From Carpediemonas membranifera BICM (Eukaryota; Protista; Fornicata): a DNA stretch of 64,000 nucleotides. Of the stretch, positions 51,094 to 62,466 are shown piece after piece. Within the stretch, counting starts at the first letter, position 1; each line of letters begins with the position of its first letter. The stretch spans positions 278,244-342,243 of the forward strand of contig JAHDYR010000067.1 of the NCBI GenBank assembly GCA_019828565.1, read 5' to 3'. The position numbers and the translations under genes were made by a program. The notes beneath the pieces were generated by a model that was not told the DNA's origin, ran no database searches, and saw nothing but the letters and a program-made list of their open reading frames with translations.

Positions 51094-52173
51094 TCACTTC
51101 TTCCGCCACCGGCCGAACCAGCCCTTGATGCCGCCCTCCTCCGCGGGGGGCTCCTCGGCTGCAGGCTCTTCTGACGCCTCAACCTTCTTCTCAACGGCAG
51201 GCTTGGTCTCCTTTCCAGTCTCCTTGCGGCTCTTGGCCTTCTCGGCAGCAATACGATCGTGCAAGCTGCGCTCAGGGAGCCGTTCGAATGCTATGTCGAA
51301 GAAGCTGGGGGCTGGCACGATGAGGCCGACGTCCTTGGGGGTACGACCGGGCTTGATGTCCTCGATGGTCGTGTAGCGGACAGTATTCACGTCCACACGC
51401 TTGCTCTCGGCCTCAAGAGCGGCGATGAGTGGCGCGACCTCATCCTCGCTGTCTTTCACGGCCTTCTTCTCGATAGCATCGAGTGCTCCATCAATATCGG
51501 CAACAACCCCGCTATCTTGAAGCTGGCCGGCAATCTGATAGCGGCAGAACCGCCTCAGGCCGTCCGCGGCGTACCGTCTTGAGACCTCTACGAGCGGCTT
51601 GAACTCTCTGTCGGGCGGCACGTGCGGGGACAGCACGCCCGGTGTAGTCTCCGTGCCAAAGATCGCGATGTGCTTCATAAGAGCCACGTGAGCCTTGGGG
51701 AACTCCTGCGCCTCCACAAGGGCGAGCCCGTTGAGGTAGTAGCCGTAGCCCACCGCGAGGGCAGCCATCGCGGGGTCATCCCTCGCCGCAGTGTAGCGCT
51801 GGATAAGAGACGCGATGCGACAAGCCTTGCGAAGCTTGCGCACCTGCTGGTGGTGCCTGTGGCGGGCGCGGATGTCGGCGATTGAGGGGTCGATGCCCTC
51901 TTCCCGCTTCGGGGGGTCACGGAGAGCCATAGCACGGGCCCAAGAGCGCTCGCATGCTACAAATAGGAACTCAAGCTGCCTATTATCCGAGATTTTCACT
52001 AGGCTGTCGGATTCAACGGCTTCCTTGCTCACACTGGGCACAGCGAATGAATCCTTCTTCAGCCCAGCTCTGATGGTTCCCAAACGGCGGGAGCAGTACT
52101 TTTGATAGGCGTTATAGTCATCTGTACGAAGACCGTGGTCCCGATGTCTCTGGGAAAGTGCCACCAGGTACAT
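51094..52173 (-). CDS. SRP68: Signal recognition particle subunit SRP68 (shortened)
   Basis: HGLRTDDYNAYQKYCSRRL..IR, ERSWARAM, KLRKA, RFCRY, P.P.FFDIA, C-terminal GIKGWFG. Confidence 0.9.
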   Translation of the reverse strand: MYLVALSQRHRDHGLRTDDYNAYQKYCSRRLGTIRAGLKKDSFAVPSVSKEAVESDSLVKISDNRQLEFLFVACERSWARAMALRDPPKREEGIDPSIADIRARHRHHQQVRKLRKACRIASLIQRYTAARDDPAMAALAVGYGYYLNGLALVEAQEFPKAHVALMKHIAIFGTETTPGVLSPHVPPDREFKPLVEVSRRYAADGLRRFCRYQIAGQLQDSGVVADIDGALDAIEKKAVKDSEDEVAPLIAALEAESKRVDVNTVRYTTIEDIKPGRTPKDVGLIVPAPSFFDIAFERLPERSLHDRIAAEKAKSRKETGKETKPAVEKKVEASEEPAAEEPPAEEGGIKGWFGRWRKK

Positions 52174-52653
52174 CTAGCATCATGTTTCGTGCGATACATA
52201 TCGACATGTGTGCATGTATATCGCCAAAATAGACCACGATCAGCATGGTATGTCTGCGTGTCTAACTCAAGAGAGGTCGCTGATCGATGTCGTTCATCCG
52301 GAAAACTCGGAGTCGACTCCGAATGGTCTCAATGGTGGCTTCAGAAGTCGACTTGTTGACGGTCGGAACTCGCCTGTTTGCATGCGTGGCCAGACCATCG
52401 TTGTTTAATAAAGAAGTTCTTGTGACTCGCGACAGTCCATGCCAACTGCTGAATTGAAGCCAAGGTGCAGACATCGACAAGAGGTCTGAGTGGAAACGAC
52501 AAGTATGCCTGTCTAACCTGCTGAACTCAGTGTGATAGTGATCTGGATGGCTTTAATACTGTGCTAAACTGCCCTGGTCCCCACATTTAGTTCAGACCAT
52601 TTTTGCCACGATGACGAAAACCCGCCGGAACAGGTCGCTTATCGTTTATCCTA

Positions 52654-53043
52654 ATGCGTGTGAACGTTCTTGCTGATACTCTCCAGTCCATCGTCAATGC
52701 TGAGCGCCGTGGTAAGCGCCAGGTGATGTGCCGTCCCGCTTCCAAGGTCTCTGTTCACTTCCTCGGCCTCATGCAGAAGCACGGCTACATCGGCGACTTC
52801 ACTGTCATTGATGACCACCGCGCTGGCAAGATCTGCGTTAACCTGATCGGCCGCCTCAACAAAACCCGCGTCATCTCTCCCCGCTACGACGTTGCTCACG
52901 AGGACATCGAACAATGGGTCCAGCGCCTCCTCCCCTCCCGTCTTTTCGGCCACATCGTGCTGTCCACCTCTAAGGGCATCATGACCCACCACGAGGCCGC
53001 TGAGAAGGGCATTGGTGGTAAGGTGATTGGCTACTTCTTCTAA
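52654..53043 (+). CDS. RPS15A: 40S ribosomal protein S15a (uS8)
   Basis: [57 protein letters not shown]. Confidence 0.98.
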   Translation: MRVNVLADTLQSIVNAERRGKRQVMCRPASKVSVHFLGLMQKHGYIGDFTVIDDHRAGKICVNLIGRLNKTRVISPRYDVAHEDIEQWVQRLLPSRLFGHIVLSTSKGIMTHHEAAEKGIGGKVIGYFF

Positions 53044-53283
53044 GTTATTATTGTTATAGGGTGCAATAGCACCGTTAAATCCTCAAACACTAGCTGTGGG
53101 GGCCCGGAGGGGCCACGCCATCCTTACCCATCCTCAAGTCTTTAACATTCTAATTCAACATCAATTCGTAAGCCTCATCACAACCGTATATTAGCCGTGT
53201 ATCAGAATGAAAAGGAAGTTTGTGCTGGTGGCCCGGTATTTATCATAAATCGCCTGAGCCTAATAACATAATATCGGGTCGAC

Positions 53284-55056
53284 TCACTCCTTGTTGATGT
53301 GCCGGATGACAGCAGTGTGGAGCCGCACCACAAACCCCCGCATCCTCTTCACACACGCGTCCCAGTCGTCCTGACTTAGGCACTCGGCCACGGTCCTCGT
53401 GACAGTCTTGGATGAGGCCATGTCGTCTCGCATGGGCAGGTCGGTAGGGACCGGGTTGTCCAGCGCTGAGAACGCCATGTGAATGATCAGTGACGCAAAG
53501 AACGCTATGTTTTGCCGGAATGCCTCCTCCGCCTCCTGTGAGATGATCAAATCTTTTGACCGATTGAGCAGCGCTTCATGGCCGAGTGCATGGACAAACA
53601 CGAACGTTGTCAGCAAAGGGTGAACGATCCCCTGCTTGTGCGTGCTCCGGTCCATCACTGCCGACACCACGCACATGACGTCCTCCATTTTCCGTTTCTT
53701 CACGGCTGCCCGCATTTTAGTGGCGAGTGTCATGCGTGTCTTGTTGTCGTCAGATGTGTCTCCCCCGTTCATCTCCAGGGCCCAGGCGTCCGTCTGGGAG
53801 AAGTATATGCCGTCCCGTAGATATGCATCAAGAGTGGCTTTTGATTGAAATACGCCGTGCTGCTGGAGTCTGAGGCACTTTCGTTCAAAGGCGAAGGTGC
53901 GGTGTGGAACGTTGAAGTCGACTGCCGGATTAGTGAGAAAGAGGCCGAAAAAGTCTAAAATTGGCGAAGGGATTCCGGCTTCCAAAATCGAGTCCATGGA
54001 GTCAAACAGTGTGCGAAGTCTGACCCTGAGTCTAATACCGTACTTCTCCTTAGTCTTCGCCGTCTGTGTAAGCTCAGCGAAGAAGCCGGTTTTCAGAAAA
54101 ATAGATGTGTGTGGAAAAGCAAGCATGTTATGCACAAAAGACTTCGTGCATGGTGCCAGCCACGCCCCAGTCCGCTCAACGAACGCTGGGATGAGTCGCT
54201 TCATCTCCTTCCTCCTCTGTGTCTTAACGTCCTTCAACAACGCCAGGAGCACGTGCGAGAAAACCATGGTGTAGAAGTGGATTCGGACCTTGCTGATGGC
54301 GGTCTCCCCGACCACAACGAGGGACTCCCGCTCGGCCATCTCCCGGAACTTGTTGAGGGCGTTCCGGAAGTCATCGCCCGTGTCGCCAGCCAGCTGCCGC
54401 TCGTCCTGCTCGTTCACCGCGTAGTCTGGGTCCTCGCCGTCTGTGCCGAGCAGCATGTCAACGAGGGGCAGGTGGCCCATGACATAGTCGTAGTCTACTG
54501 TCGTCTCCTCGGGGGCTGGGGCTTCAGTAGGCTTCGGGGGCGGGTCGAATGAAACTACCTGCTCTACCTCGTCGTCGGCAGGGAACAGGGGCACACCCTC
54601 ACGGCCGGGCTCGGGGCCAGTGAGCTCGTCGACTTCGGTAAACTGCATCGGGGAGAAGGGATGCTCCACGGCGATCTCCGTGCCGGTCGTGTCTATCTGG
54701 TACCGGCTGCTCTTCTTGGTGACTGGGCTGAGCCGTGCTTGGCTGTGCTGGGTGGTTCTGAACACAGGGCTGAATCTGGAGTGGGTGTAGCGAAGCATTT
54801 CATCGCTCGCGCTTTGTAAGTTTGGGAATGGAGTGACGTACGCTTCTTCTTGTCGCCGTCTCTCGTCTTCTTCATCTATTTTGGCCAGAACATTGTTCAA
54901 AACTCTGTATTGCCGCTCTAATTCCTCCTCCTCCTCCTGCTCAGCCATCTCATCCAGCTGATTGAGCAATTCTTCTTGTTCCTGCTGTAATTGGTGTAGT
55001 AGCCATTGGCCAGTGCCGAGCATACCCTGACCACCGGTTCTGACAGAATTGCGCAT
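53284..55056 (-). CDS. Hypothetical protein (acidic coiled-coil N-terminus, globular C-terminus)
   Basis: 590-aa open frame with coding-like composition; no recognised motif; start may be 55023. Confidence 0.75.
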   Translation of the reverse strand: MRNSVRTGGQGMLGTGQWLLHQLQQEQEELLNQLDEMAEQEEEEELERQYRVLNNVLAKIDEEDERRRQEEAYVTPFPNLQSASDEMLRYTHSRFSPVFRTTQHSQARLSPVTKKSSRYQIDTTGTEIAVEHPFSPMQFTEVDELTGPEPGREGVPLFPADDEVEQVVSFDPPPKPTEAPAPEETTVDYDYVMGHLPLVDMLLGTDGEDPDYAVNEQDERQLAGDTGDDFRNALNKFREMAERESLVVVGETAISKVRIHFYTMVFSHVLLALLKDVKTQRRKEMKRLIPAFVERTGAWLAPCTKSFVHNMLAFPHTSIFLKTGFFAELTQTAKTKEKYGIRLRVRLRTLFDSMDSILEAGIPSPILDFFGLFLTNPAVDFNVPHRTFAFERKCLRLQQHGVFQSKATLDAYLRDGIYFSQTDAWALEMNGGDTSDDNKTRMTLATKMRAAVKKRKMEDVMCVVSAVMDRSTHKQGIVHPLLTTFVFVHALGHEALLNRSKDLIISQEAEEAFRQNIAFFASLIIHMAFSALDNPVPTDLPMRDDMASSKTVTRTVAECLSQDDWDACVKRMRGFVVRLHTAVIRHINKE

Positions 55057-55177
55057 GTCGCCCGAGGCGAAGGAACCACCGGGATCTGGGGCTTGGAGCG
55101 CAGCATGTCGTTGTGCGCACTCTCTCTGGGTATCGGCAGCAAATGGAGAAAAGTGGTCAAACTCGGCAAAACCTCAA

Positions 55178-55854
55178 ATGCAAGCATCTTTCCAGCAGAT
55201 GCAGTATTTGATGGCACTTTGCCATCAGCGTGCATTACCTCCGTCTCTACGGAGGGAATACTTGTTTGTTTCCCGCAAAACGCTGTAATTCTCTCACACA
55301 GCCGCCAGCTTCTCATCCTGTCCAAAAGGAGCGACATCTGTTTGTTCAAACCATCATATCTCACCCCAGCTCTTCATATGTCCGTGCGTCTCCGTTTCTG
55401 CCACGTCTGCGGCTCTGAATTCACCGGTACCATAGCGATAAAGCCCCTCACCCAGACTGGGGCGAAAGAAGCCTTCACCTGCTGCACACTGTGCGGCGGG
55501 AAGGCATCAGTGAGTGCTAAGGTGAAGTCTCTGCCCCCCAATGTTATTGTCCATCCTCAGCTGTCCACGTCACAGGCCGTGGATGAGTCAGCTGGGGCGG
55601 GCCAAGAGAATGGGGGCATGGGCCAGCCGGAGAATACGGCTTCTGTATCGCAGAGTGTACATGTTTCTGTGACGGATACTGCTGCCGTTCCTCAGCATGC
55701 TCCTGTGGCTAAGCCGTGTACCCCGCCGCTCCAAACGCCCGCTCCCAAGCGGCTGAGCATGTTCGAGATGGCTATGGTCAGCAGAACCCAGCCCAAGCCT
55801 GCGGGCAGGCCGGTAAGAGGCCGAGGACGGGGTCGGGGTCGGCGCGGCAGATGA
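55178..55854 (+). CDS. RPP21: RNase P/MRP subunit Rpp21/Rpr2-like, introns 55264-55301 and 55340-55369
   Basis: Spliced MQASFQQMQYLMALCHQ...REYFRQLLILSKRSDISLHMSVRLRFCHVCGS...TCCTLCG: two helices plus a CxxC/CxxC Zn ribbon as in Rpr2; RG-rich tail. Confidence 0.62.
55264..55301 (+). other. Spliceosomal intron, 38 nt (RPP21-like)
   Basis: GTTTGT...TCTCACACAG. Confidence 0.7.
55340..55369 (+). other. In-frame, stop-free spliceosomal intron, 30 nt (RPP21-like)
   Basis: GTTTGT...TCTCACCCCAG. Confidence 0.65.
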
Positions 55855-56286
55855 GGCTGCGGCAGGATCGGTCTCAAGTCATCAAGACGGCTGTCTGACA
55901 CATGCTATGTGGCGAGGCAGACCTCAGATTCTTTCTCCTGTACTCTTCTAGCTGTAGGTGGCCGTGACTGTCGATTAGTTGTTGAAAGTCGTGCCATCCG
56001 TAAACATGATTTGCACGTCTGTGTGTTATGACAGTGCAGCTATGGCTCACTCCTACAGCAGGTGGAGCATCTGTACTTGGAGTAGTCCTCTTCCGTGGCG
56101 TGCTGCTCGGTGATTTTGAGTCTCGGCAGGTTGTCTGCCCTTGTCGGGGCCAGCCGTGCTAAGTGACAAAGTGGGGATGTTGCTGCGGCATTTCAGTTTC
56201 TGTGAGAACCACTTGCTCGACAATAAGCGGGGGGTTTTGCTGATGTTTACGTGAGCGTATATAAATTAAGTTTATGCCAGAGGGAA

Positions 56287-56847
56287 ATGTCGAATTCTGG
56301 TTACGACCTGTTAGGAGGGGCTACAAAGGTAGACGATGATACTGCGAATATGGTATGGGTAACTAAGCCACCACTGGAGTGGTTGAAGCTCCGTGGGACT
56401 GACGTCTGGATCTCTATCGTCGCTTGCATGCTTTCCTTCGTCGTCGCTGTTTTCTCATCAGCGGTTTTTGATTCCTTGTATACCGATTCGGACATTATGC
56501 CTGAATTCAACAACTTGCAGCGTGCATCGCTCGACATTGCATCTTGCATGGCCGTCTTCTTCATTCTATCCGTTGTTTCCGCCGTTACAGTCTGCTTCTT
56601 CAGGCGAGCATACAGCCACATGGCTTGGGGCACGCAGTATCTAATCACTGTGTCCATTATCGGCTTTATCATGGCCCTTATTGTGAGCACATCCGTATCT
56701 ATGTTTGCGTGCGTTATTCTCCGGTACGTTATCGGCGTCGAGGACCTATTCCTCTCTCTAATCGTCCCCGTCATCGTTCTTACTGCGATCACTTGCCCCA
56801 TTTTTGTTTTCGGGGCGGCTACTCTGACACGCGGTGTTCAGAACTAG
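56287..56847 (+). CDS. Four-TM membrane protein, unknown family
   Basis: Four hydrophobic segments in about 186 aa; first ATG at 56287. Confidence 0.7.
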   Translation: MSNSGYDLLGGATKVDDDTANMVWVTKPPLEWLKLRGTDVWISIVACMLSFVVAVFSSAVFDSLYTDSDIMPEFNNLQRASLDIASCMAVFFILSVVSAVTVCFFRRAYSHMAWGTQYLITVSIIGFIMALIVSTSVSMFACVILRYVIGVEDLFLSLIVPVIVLTAITCPIFVFGAATLTRGVQN

Positions 56848-57090
56848 GAGGCTTAGGAATGGTGATATAAAGCGGTTGATTTACGGAATATTACTCATAT
56901 GTATGAGTGGCACGCCTTCTTTCTCCTTCATGGGGGTTGGCACTGCCGACACTGCCTGGCCAAAAAGTGATGTCGTTCGTGCTACATATTGTAGCGCTGT
57001 GCACGATGGATCGCAGTTAGAGTCGATGCTGAGGTGAACTTGGGATGCATTTGCCGGATGCATTTCGAGTTCAAGAACGTTTGATAGTAG

Positions 57091-59361
57091 ATGCCCTGTT
57101 TAGGTATCGATTTTGGCTCTGAAAACCTTCTGGTTGGTATTGCGAGGCAGCGTGGTGTAGATATCCTCGTTAATGAAGCATCAAACCGTGCTACGCCCGC
57201 TTGCGTCACGTTCGACGAGAAGCAGCGCTTCATTGGCGAACAGGCCAACCAGAGGAAGAACAGCAAGTGGCAGAACACTTTCTATGCCGTTAAGCAGCTC
57301 ATCGGTCGCAAGTACGCCGATGCCAATGTGCAGAAGGAGCTGTCGCTGCTCCCCTTCCGCACAGTCGAGATGGAAGATGGCTTTGTCGGCTTCTGCGTTA
57401 ACTACCTCGATACTGATCGCGTCTTATCTTGCGAGCAGATCGCCGCCATGCTTCTTTCCTGCATGCGCGACGTCGCCAACGCTGACAACCTCCACAAGCT
57501 GGGCACCGTCCCCAGCTCGTGGGACGCCGTCATCACCATCCCCTCCTGGTGGGACCAGAACCAGCGCAAGTCCCTCCTTGCCGCTGCGGAGATTGCTGGG
57601 CTCAACTGCCTCCAGCTGCTGTCCGAGCATGCCGCGGCCGGCGTGACATGGCTCCGCCGGAACTTCGCCGCCCTCACGGACAAGCCCGTGCGCATGATGC
57701 TCTTCGACATGGGCCACGCCTCCGCCACATGCGCCATCATGTCCTTCACGGCCGTGGAGGGCAAGGCGTCGCTCGTAGTCGAGGGTGTTTCCCACGACGA
57801 GTGGCTCGGTGGCCGCTCGTACGACCAGATCCTCGCCCAGCACTTTGCGGACAAGTTCGAGGAGAAGCACACGGGTGTCAAGATCATGGAGAACCCCAAG
57901 GCGGCCCAGAGGCTCGTACAGGGCGTCCAGCGCGTCAGGAAGCTCCTCACGGCCAACAACGAGGCTCCCCTCAACGTCGAGTGCCTCATCAACGACCTCG
58001 ACCTGCACTTTAGAGTCTCCCGCGAGGACCTCGCCGCCCTCGGTGCCGAGGTGACTGCCCGCATCGAGCCCATGGTCCGCCGCGCCCTCGAGATGGCCAA
58101 GATCGCCAACCCGCTGGACGGGTCGGTCTCTGCGTTCGAGGTGATCGGTGGGGCGGCCCGCATGCCCCTGGTGCAGGACGAGCTCGCCCGGACCCTCGGC
58201 ATGGGCTCCTCTAAGGACCTGCACCAGACCCTGAACAACGAGGAGTGCATATGCAACGGGGCGGCCCTCCAAGGTGCCTTTATCTCCCCGCACTTTAGGC
58301 TGAACCAGACCGTCGCCGTCCACGACTACAACCTCAACCCCGTCACGGTGGTCTGGGCCAAGCCGGGGGTCAAGCCCGCAGAGCCCATGGAGAGCGACGC
58401 CGCGGTGGCGGCCGAGGACCTCGAGCAGCTCATGGCGTTCGACCGGGGGTGCCAGGTGCCGATGACGAGGGCCGTGACATTCCGTCGGAGCCAGGACTTC
58501 AACGTATACCTGCACTACGCCGACCAGGCCGCCCTCCCCAACGCCGGGACCCACACCTTCCTCGCGGCAGTCAACCTGACTGGTGTCAAGCCGACCGCGG
58601 ACGGGGGGAAGAGTAAGGTGAAGGTACACGTGACACTTGACCGCAGTGGCGTGCTCGACGTGTCGGAGAGCACGATGGAGGTCACTGAGACGTACGAGGA
58701 GGTCGTCAAGAAGCCCAAGCCCGTCGAGGAGAAGCCCGAGGCTGAGACGACGCCTGAGCCCGCCCCTGAGGCCGGCGACGAGGACGTGCCGATGACCGAG
58801 GAGGAGTCGAAGGAGGCCCCTAAGGCGCCCGAGCCCGAATTCATCGAGGAGAAGGTGACCAAGACCCGCAAGACGTTCAGGCCGCTCCCCATGGGCAAGA
58901 AGCTGGCCGGCATCCCCGGGGCGGCGATCTGCAAGTACGTCAAGGAGGAGCAGTCGCTGAACGACATCGACCGGCGGGAGGTAGCAATCGCGACACTCCG
59001 CAATGACCTCGAGAGCTTCGTCTACTCGATGTCCGACGACCTCGACCTCAAGTACACCGAGGTGACCACGGAGGAGGAGCGGTCGGCCATCAAGAGCACG
59101 CTGATGGGCGTGGAGGACTGGCTGTACTCGGAGGAGGGCGAGGAGGCCACCATGGACGCCCTGACCGCGAAGATGGACCAAGTCAAGGCCCTCGCCGCGC
59201 CAATCGTCGAGAAGTACACAGCACTGCACGCGCCACCACCACCGCCCGAGCCCAAGGAGGAGAAGGCCGAGGCCGAGAAGGAGGCTGAGGGCGAAGCTGA
59301 GGCGAAGGAAGGCGAGGCTGAGGCCCAGCCCGAGGAGGAGGGCGATGTTGATATGGAGTAA
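57091..59361 (+). CDS. Hsp110/Sse1-family chaperone (nucleotide exchange factor)
   Basis: GIDFGSEN, GVDILVNEASNRATP, FDMGHAS, LGGRSYD, PLNVECL..D.D, TLNNEE, acidic loop, RNDLESFVY, EDWLYSEEGE. Confidence 0.95.
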   Translation: MPCLGIDFGSENLLVGIARQRGVDILVNEASNRATPACVTFDEKQRFIGEQANQRKNSKWQNTFYAVKQLIGRKYADANVQKELSLLPFRTVEMEDGFVGFCVNYLDTDRVLSCEQIAAMLLSCMRDVANADNLHKLGTVPSSWDAVITIPSWWDQNQRKSLLAAAEIAGLNCLQLLSEHAAAGVTWLRRNFAALTDKPVRMMLFDMGHASATCAIMSFTAVEGKASLVVEGVSHDEWLGGRSYDQILAQHFADKFEEKHTGVKIMENPKAAQRLVQGVQRVRKLLTANNEAPLNVECLINDLDLHFRVSREDLAALGAEVTARIEPMVRRALEMAKIANPLDGSVSAFEVIGGAARMPLVQDELARTLGMGSSKDLHQTLNNEECICNGAALQGAFISPHFRLNQTVAVHDYNLNPVTVVWAKPGVKPAEPMESDAAVAAEDLEQLMAFDRGCQVPMTRAVTFRRSQDFNVYLHYADQAALPNAGTHTFLAAVNLTGVKPTADGGKSKVKVHVTLDRSGVLDVSESTMEVTETYEEVVKKPKPVEEKPEAETTPEPAPEAGDEDVPMTEEESKEAPKAPEPEFIEEKVTKTRKTFRPLPMGKKLAGIPGAAICKYVKEEQSLNDIDRREVAIATLRNDLESFVYSMSDDLDLKYTEVTTEEERSAIKSTLMGVEDWLYSEEGEEATMDALTAKMDQVKALAAPIVEKYTALHAPPPPPEPKEEKAEAEKEAEGEAEAKEGEAEAQPEEEGDVDME

Positions 59362-60341
59362 ACCCACGGATTTCTGCTGTGCTCAGGCAGCTAGATGAGG
59401 TAGCTCAGGATCAGCGATGCTCCAGCAACCTGGGTCATCATGTTCATTCAATCGAGGATGCTGCTGAGAAACTTGTGTGTTCTTGATCGCCTGCCATGGG
59501 CTTGCATTACTGCGCCGGGGGACTAACTCGTCGATGGCACGTCTATATGGATGATTGGATCGATGTGCAGTTTAATGCTCGACTTGACGACACCCATGTG
59601 TCGAAGTTGGAATCACAACACTACAACACTATAATGACTCTCCAGCTGGCAGTTGCAGTAATGATTTCTTCTCGCCCGTAATTGAAGTCTATAATAGCAG
59701 CACGGGACTCATTTCGGGGCGCCGCCGATGGCATCTCGTTGCAGTTTCTTGCAATATCATCAATAATCAACATCAAGGCCGATAGCAGCCAAATGGAACA
59801 ACGAACATATAGTCATTTAAAGGTATTTCGTGCGTCATCACATTCGAAGCTCTAAGTTAAGTTCACCAGCTTCAAGGCGTCCACCACAAGCCAACCGGAG
59901 AAAAGACTGCATGAATCGAGTTCTCCGGTCACTAGCAACCCCTTTACGTCGTATTGCACCAAGCCATGACAGTTCGAACCGTTGTCTTCTTGTATTAGCA
60001 GTCATAAAGGAGTAGGAAGCAGGCACACATACAACGGCGACATCTTGAATCCTGCTTGTTGCGCATTCACCCAGTCAATGCACGCAAGCGCACTCAGTAA
60101 CACGTGCGATGCGATTAACTTGCATGACAGTGTGATTTAAGTCAACAGTTTTCGCGGCGGTCAAGAATCACAGCTAATTTTCTCCATTACGCTCCAGACT
60201 AATTTCTGAGCTCGAAAAAAGAGTCATAGGATATACGGTCTGCCCTGGAGACTATGAATGTTTCGTAATATCGTGGAATCCGGCCTGAGTCAGCCAATCT
60301 CTTTTGCGAGAAAAAAAGCATGAACAGAACTAACCAACTTA

Positions 60342-62083
60342 ATGCCGCAACAGGGAGAAAGCCCTGGATCCCAGACGCCTTCTTCACGCCCAGTGCGTGT
60401 TAAGAAGGTCGGTAACTACCTTATCGGCAAAACTCTGGGGCAGGGAACGTTTGGAAAGGTGAAACTAGGAACCCACGTTCTCACAGGCGGCAAGGCCGCT
60501 TTAAAAATCCTCGAGAAGGACCGCATCGTAGACGTTGCCGATATGCAGCGTATCACTCGTGAGATTCACATCTTGAAGCTGCTCAACCATCCGAACGTTG
60601 TTCGTCTTTTCGAGGTTATCGACACTCCCAAGCACATCTACCTGATCGTCGAGAACGTCTCAGGCGGCGAGCTCTTCGACTACATCGTTGCCCGCAAGCG
60701 TGTCCGCGAGAAGGAGGCGTGTCGCTTCTTCCACCAAATCATCGCCGGGCTCGATTACTGCCACAAGCGCTGCGTCATCCACCGCGACTTGAAGCCCGAG
60801 AACCTCCTTCTGGACGAGAACAAGAACATCAAGATTATCGACTTCGGCCTCTCCAACATGATCAAGCGCGGCTCCTACCTCAAGACCGCCTGCGGCTCTC
60901 CCGTTTGTCCCACACGACCACGCTTACCCAGTGCTATGCCGCCCCCGAGATGATCCTCGGCCGCGAGTACGACGGCACGGCCGCTGATCTCTGGTCCACG
61001 GGCGTGCTCCTCTTCGCCCTTGTCTGCGGCTACCTTCCCTTCGAGGACCAGAACACAAAGGCGCTATACGACAAGATCACGCATGGCCGGTACAAGCTCC
61101 CTTCGTTCCTCTCGCCCGAGTGCAAGGATCTGATCAAGTGCATGCTCACTGTCAACCCAGCCAAGCGGATCACGATCTCTAAGATCAGAGAGCACCCCTG
61201 GTGGCACCTCTACAACGACGCCGAGGACTCCCGCGACGGTGAGCTCGACCCCGAGGCCCCGATCGACATGGACGTGGTCAAACAACTAACCCAGTTTGAC
61301 TTTGACCCAGACTACGCGCTGCGGTCGCTGCAGGGCAACAAGCACAACCAGGTCACAGCCACATATTACCTGCTCAAGGAGAAGCTGCGCAGGGAGCAGG
61401 ATGCCAGGGAGAAGGCCGCGGGCCGGGGCCGTGAGGCTGACCCGAGCCGCACCCCAGTCCGCAAGGACAAGAAGATCTCGGACCTCGGTGCCATCGGTGA
61501 GGACACTGAATACGACGCTGACTCTCTCGCGGCCACGACCCCCGCGACCAAGTCTAAAGACAGATCTGTCCCGCCTGCCACGGACCCGCCGAAGGCCAAG
61601 CCCAGCGCCAGAAGGCATTCGGTCGCAGTGGGTGACCCCAAGGTCGCCGAGCTCGCCCGTAAGGCAGACGCCGCGAAGACTGGCAAGGAAGCCCCCTCGC
61701 CCACCGGGCCCCCACGCACCCGCCGCGCCTCTATGGCTGTCGGCGCCCCGCCCAGCAACTCGGAGCGGCCGTTCCACCCCACGGACCGCGAGGTGGAGTC
61801 GTACAACGGCGCTTTCAACGTCGAGACGACGTCGGGCATGACTCCGAAGCAGATCCTCACAGAGGTCAAGGCGGTGCTCAAGAAGAACTCGGTCCGCATG
61901 AAGCAGATCAAGCCGTACGCCCTCAAGTGCGAGGAGCCCAACACATCGATCCGCTTCGAGGTCGAGGTGTGCAAGCTGGGCAAGTTCGAGCAGCTATACG
62001 TGCTGCACTTCAAGCGGCTGACGGGCGACACGTGGGTGTACAAGAACGTGTGCCAGAACCTCGCGGGGATGATGAGGCTGTAG
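60342..62083 (+). CDS. SNF1/AMPK-related (CAMKL) kinase with UBA and KA1 domains, intron 60903-60931
   Basis: GKTLGQGTFGKVK, HRDLKPENLLL, DFGLS, spliced LKTACGSPCYAAPE, HNQVTATYYLL, FEVEVCKL...FKRLTGD. Confidence 0.95.
60903..60931 (+). other. Spliceosomal intron, 29 nt (SNF1-like kinase)
   Basis: GTTTGT...GCTTACCCAG; removal restores GSPCYAAPE. Confidence 0.95.
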
Positions 62084-62466
62084 TATTTGGTAAAAAATGA
62101 ACAAACAACATGAACCCTACACAAATTCATGACAAATATCAACAGCAGACATTGGGGTTCACTACACATCCAAGCGCTACGAGGTCAACGGCATCGAGGA
62201 GTGGTTAATCGTTTACTTTGGCTGCATGTGGGAGCATATCCTCGACACGACACCGCTCAAACGTGTGGATGGCCTGCATGGTTTTTCTGGAATGGTTGAG
62301 GTTGAGAGGTGACAAGCTCCGGTTCCAGCGGTCATAGAAAATGGCTAAAAATGGGAGTGCTGTGCTCGACGCTTCGTTCTAGAGCCTGCCTGCTGCCCTG
62401 AGAGGGTCATTCCGTCCCATGGTTGGTTTCGCAGTTTTGCCCCAAAAACCTTCGAGAAAGAACCCA

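Noticed and set aside
59362-60341. About 1-kb gap with a few stems (e.g. ACCGGAGAA/TTCTCCGGT) and short ORFs
   Set aside because: No RNA-family motif or protein similarity recognised; it may simply be regulatory sequence for the kinase gene.
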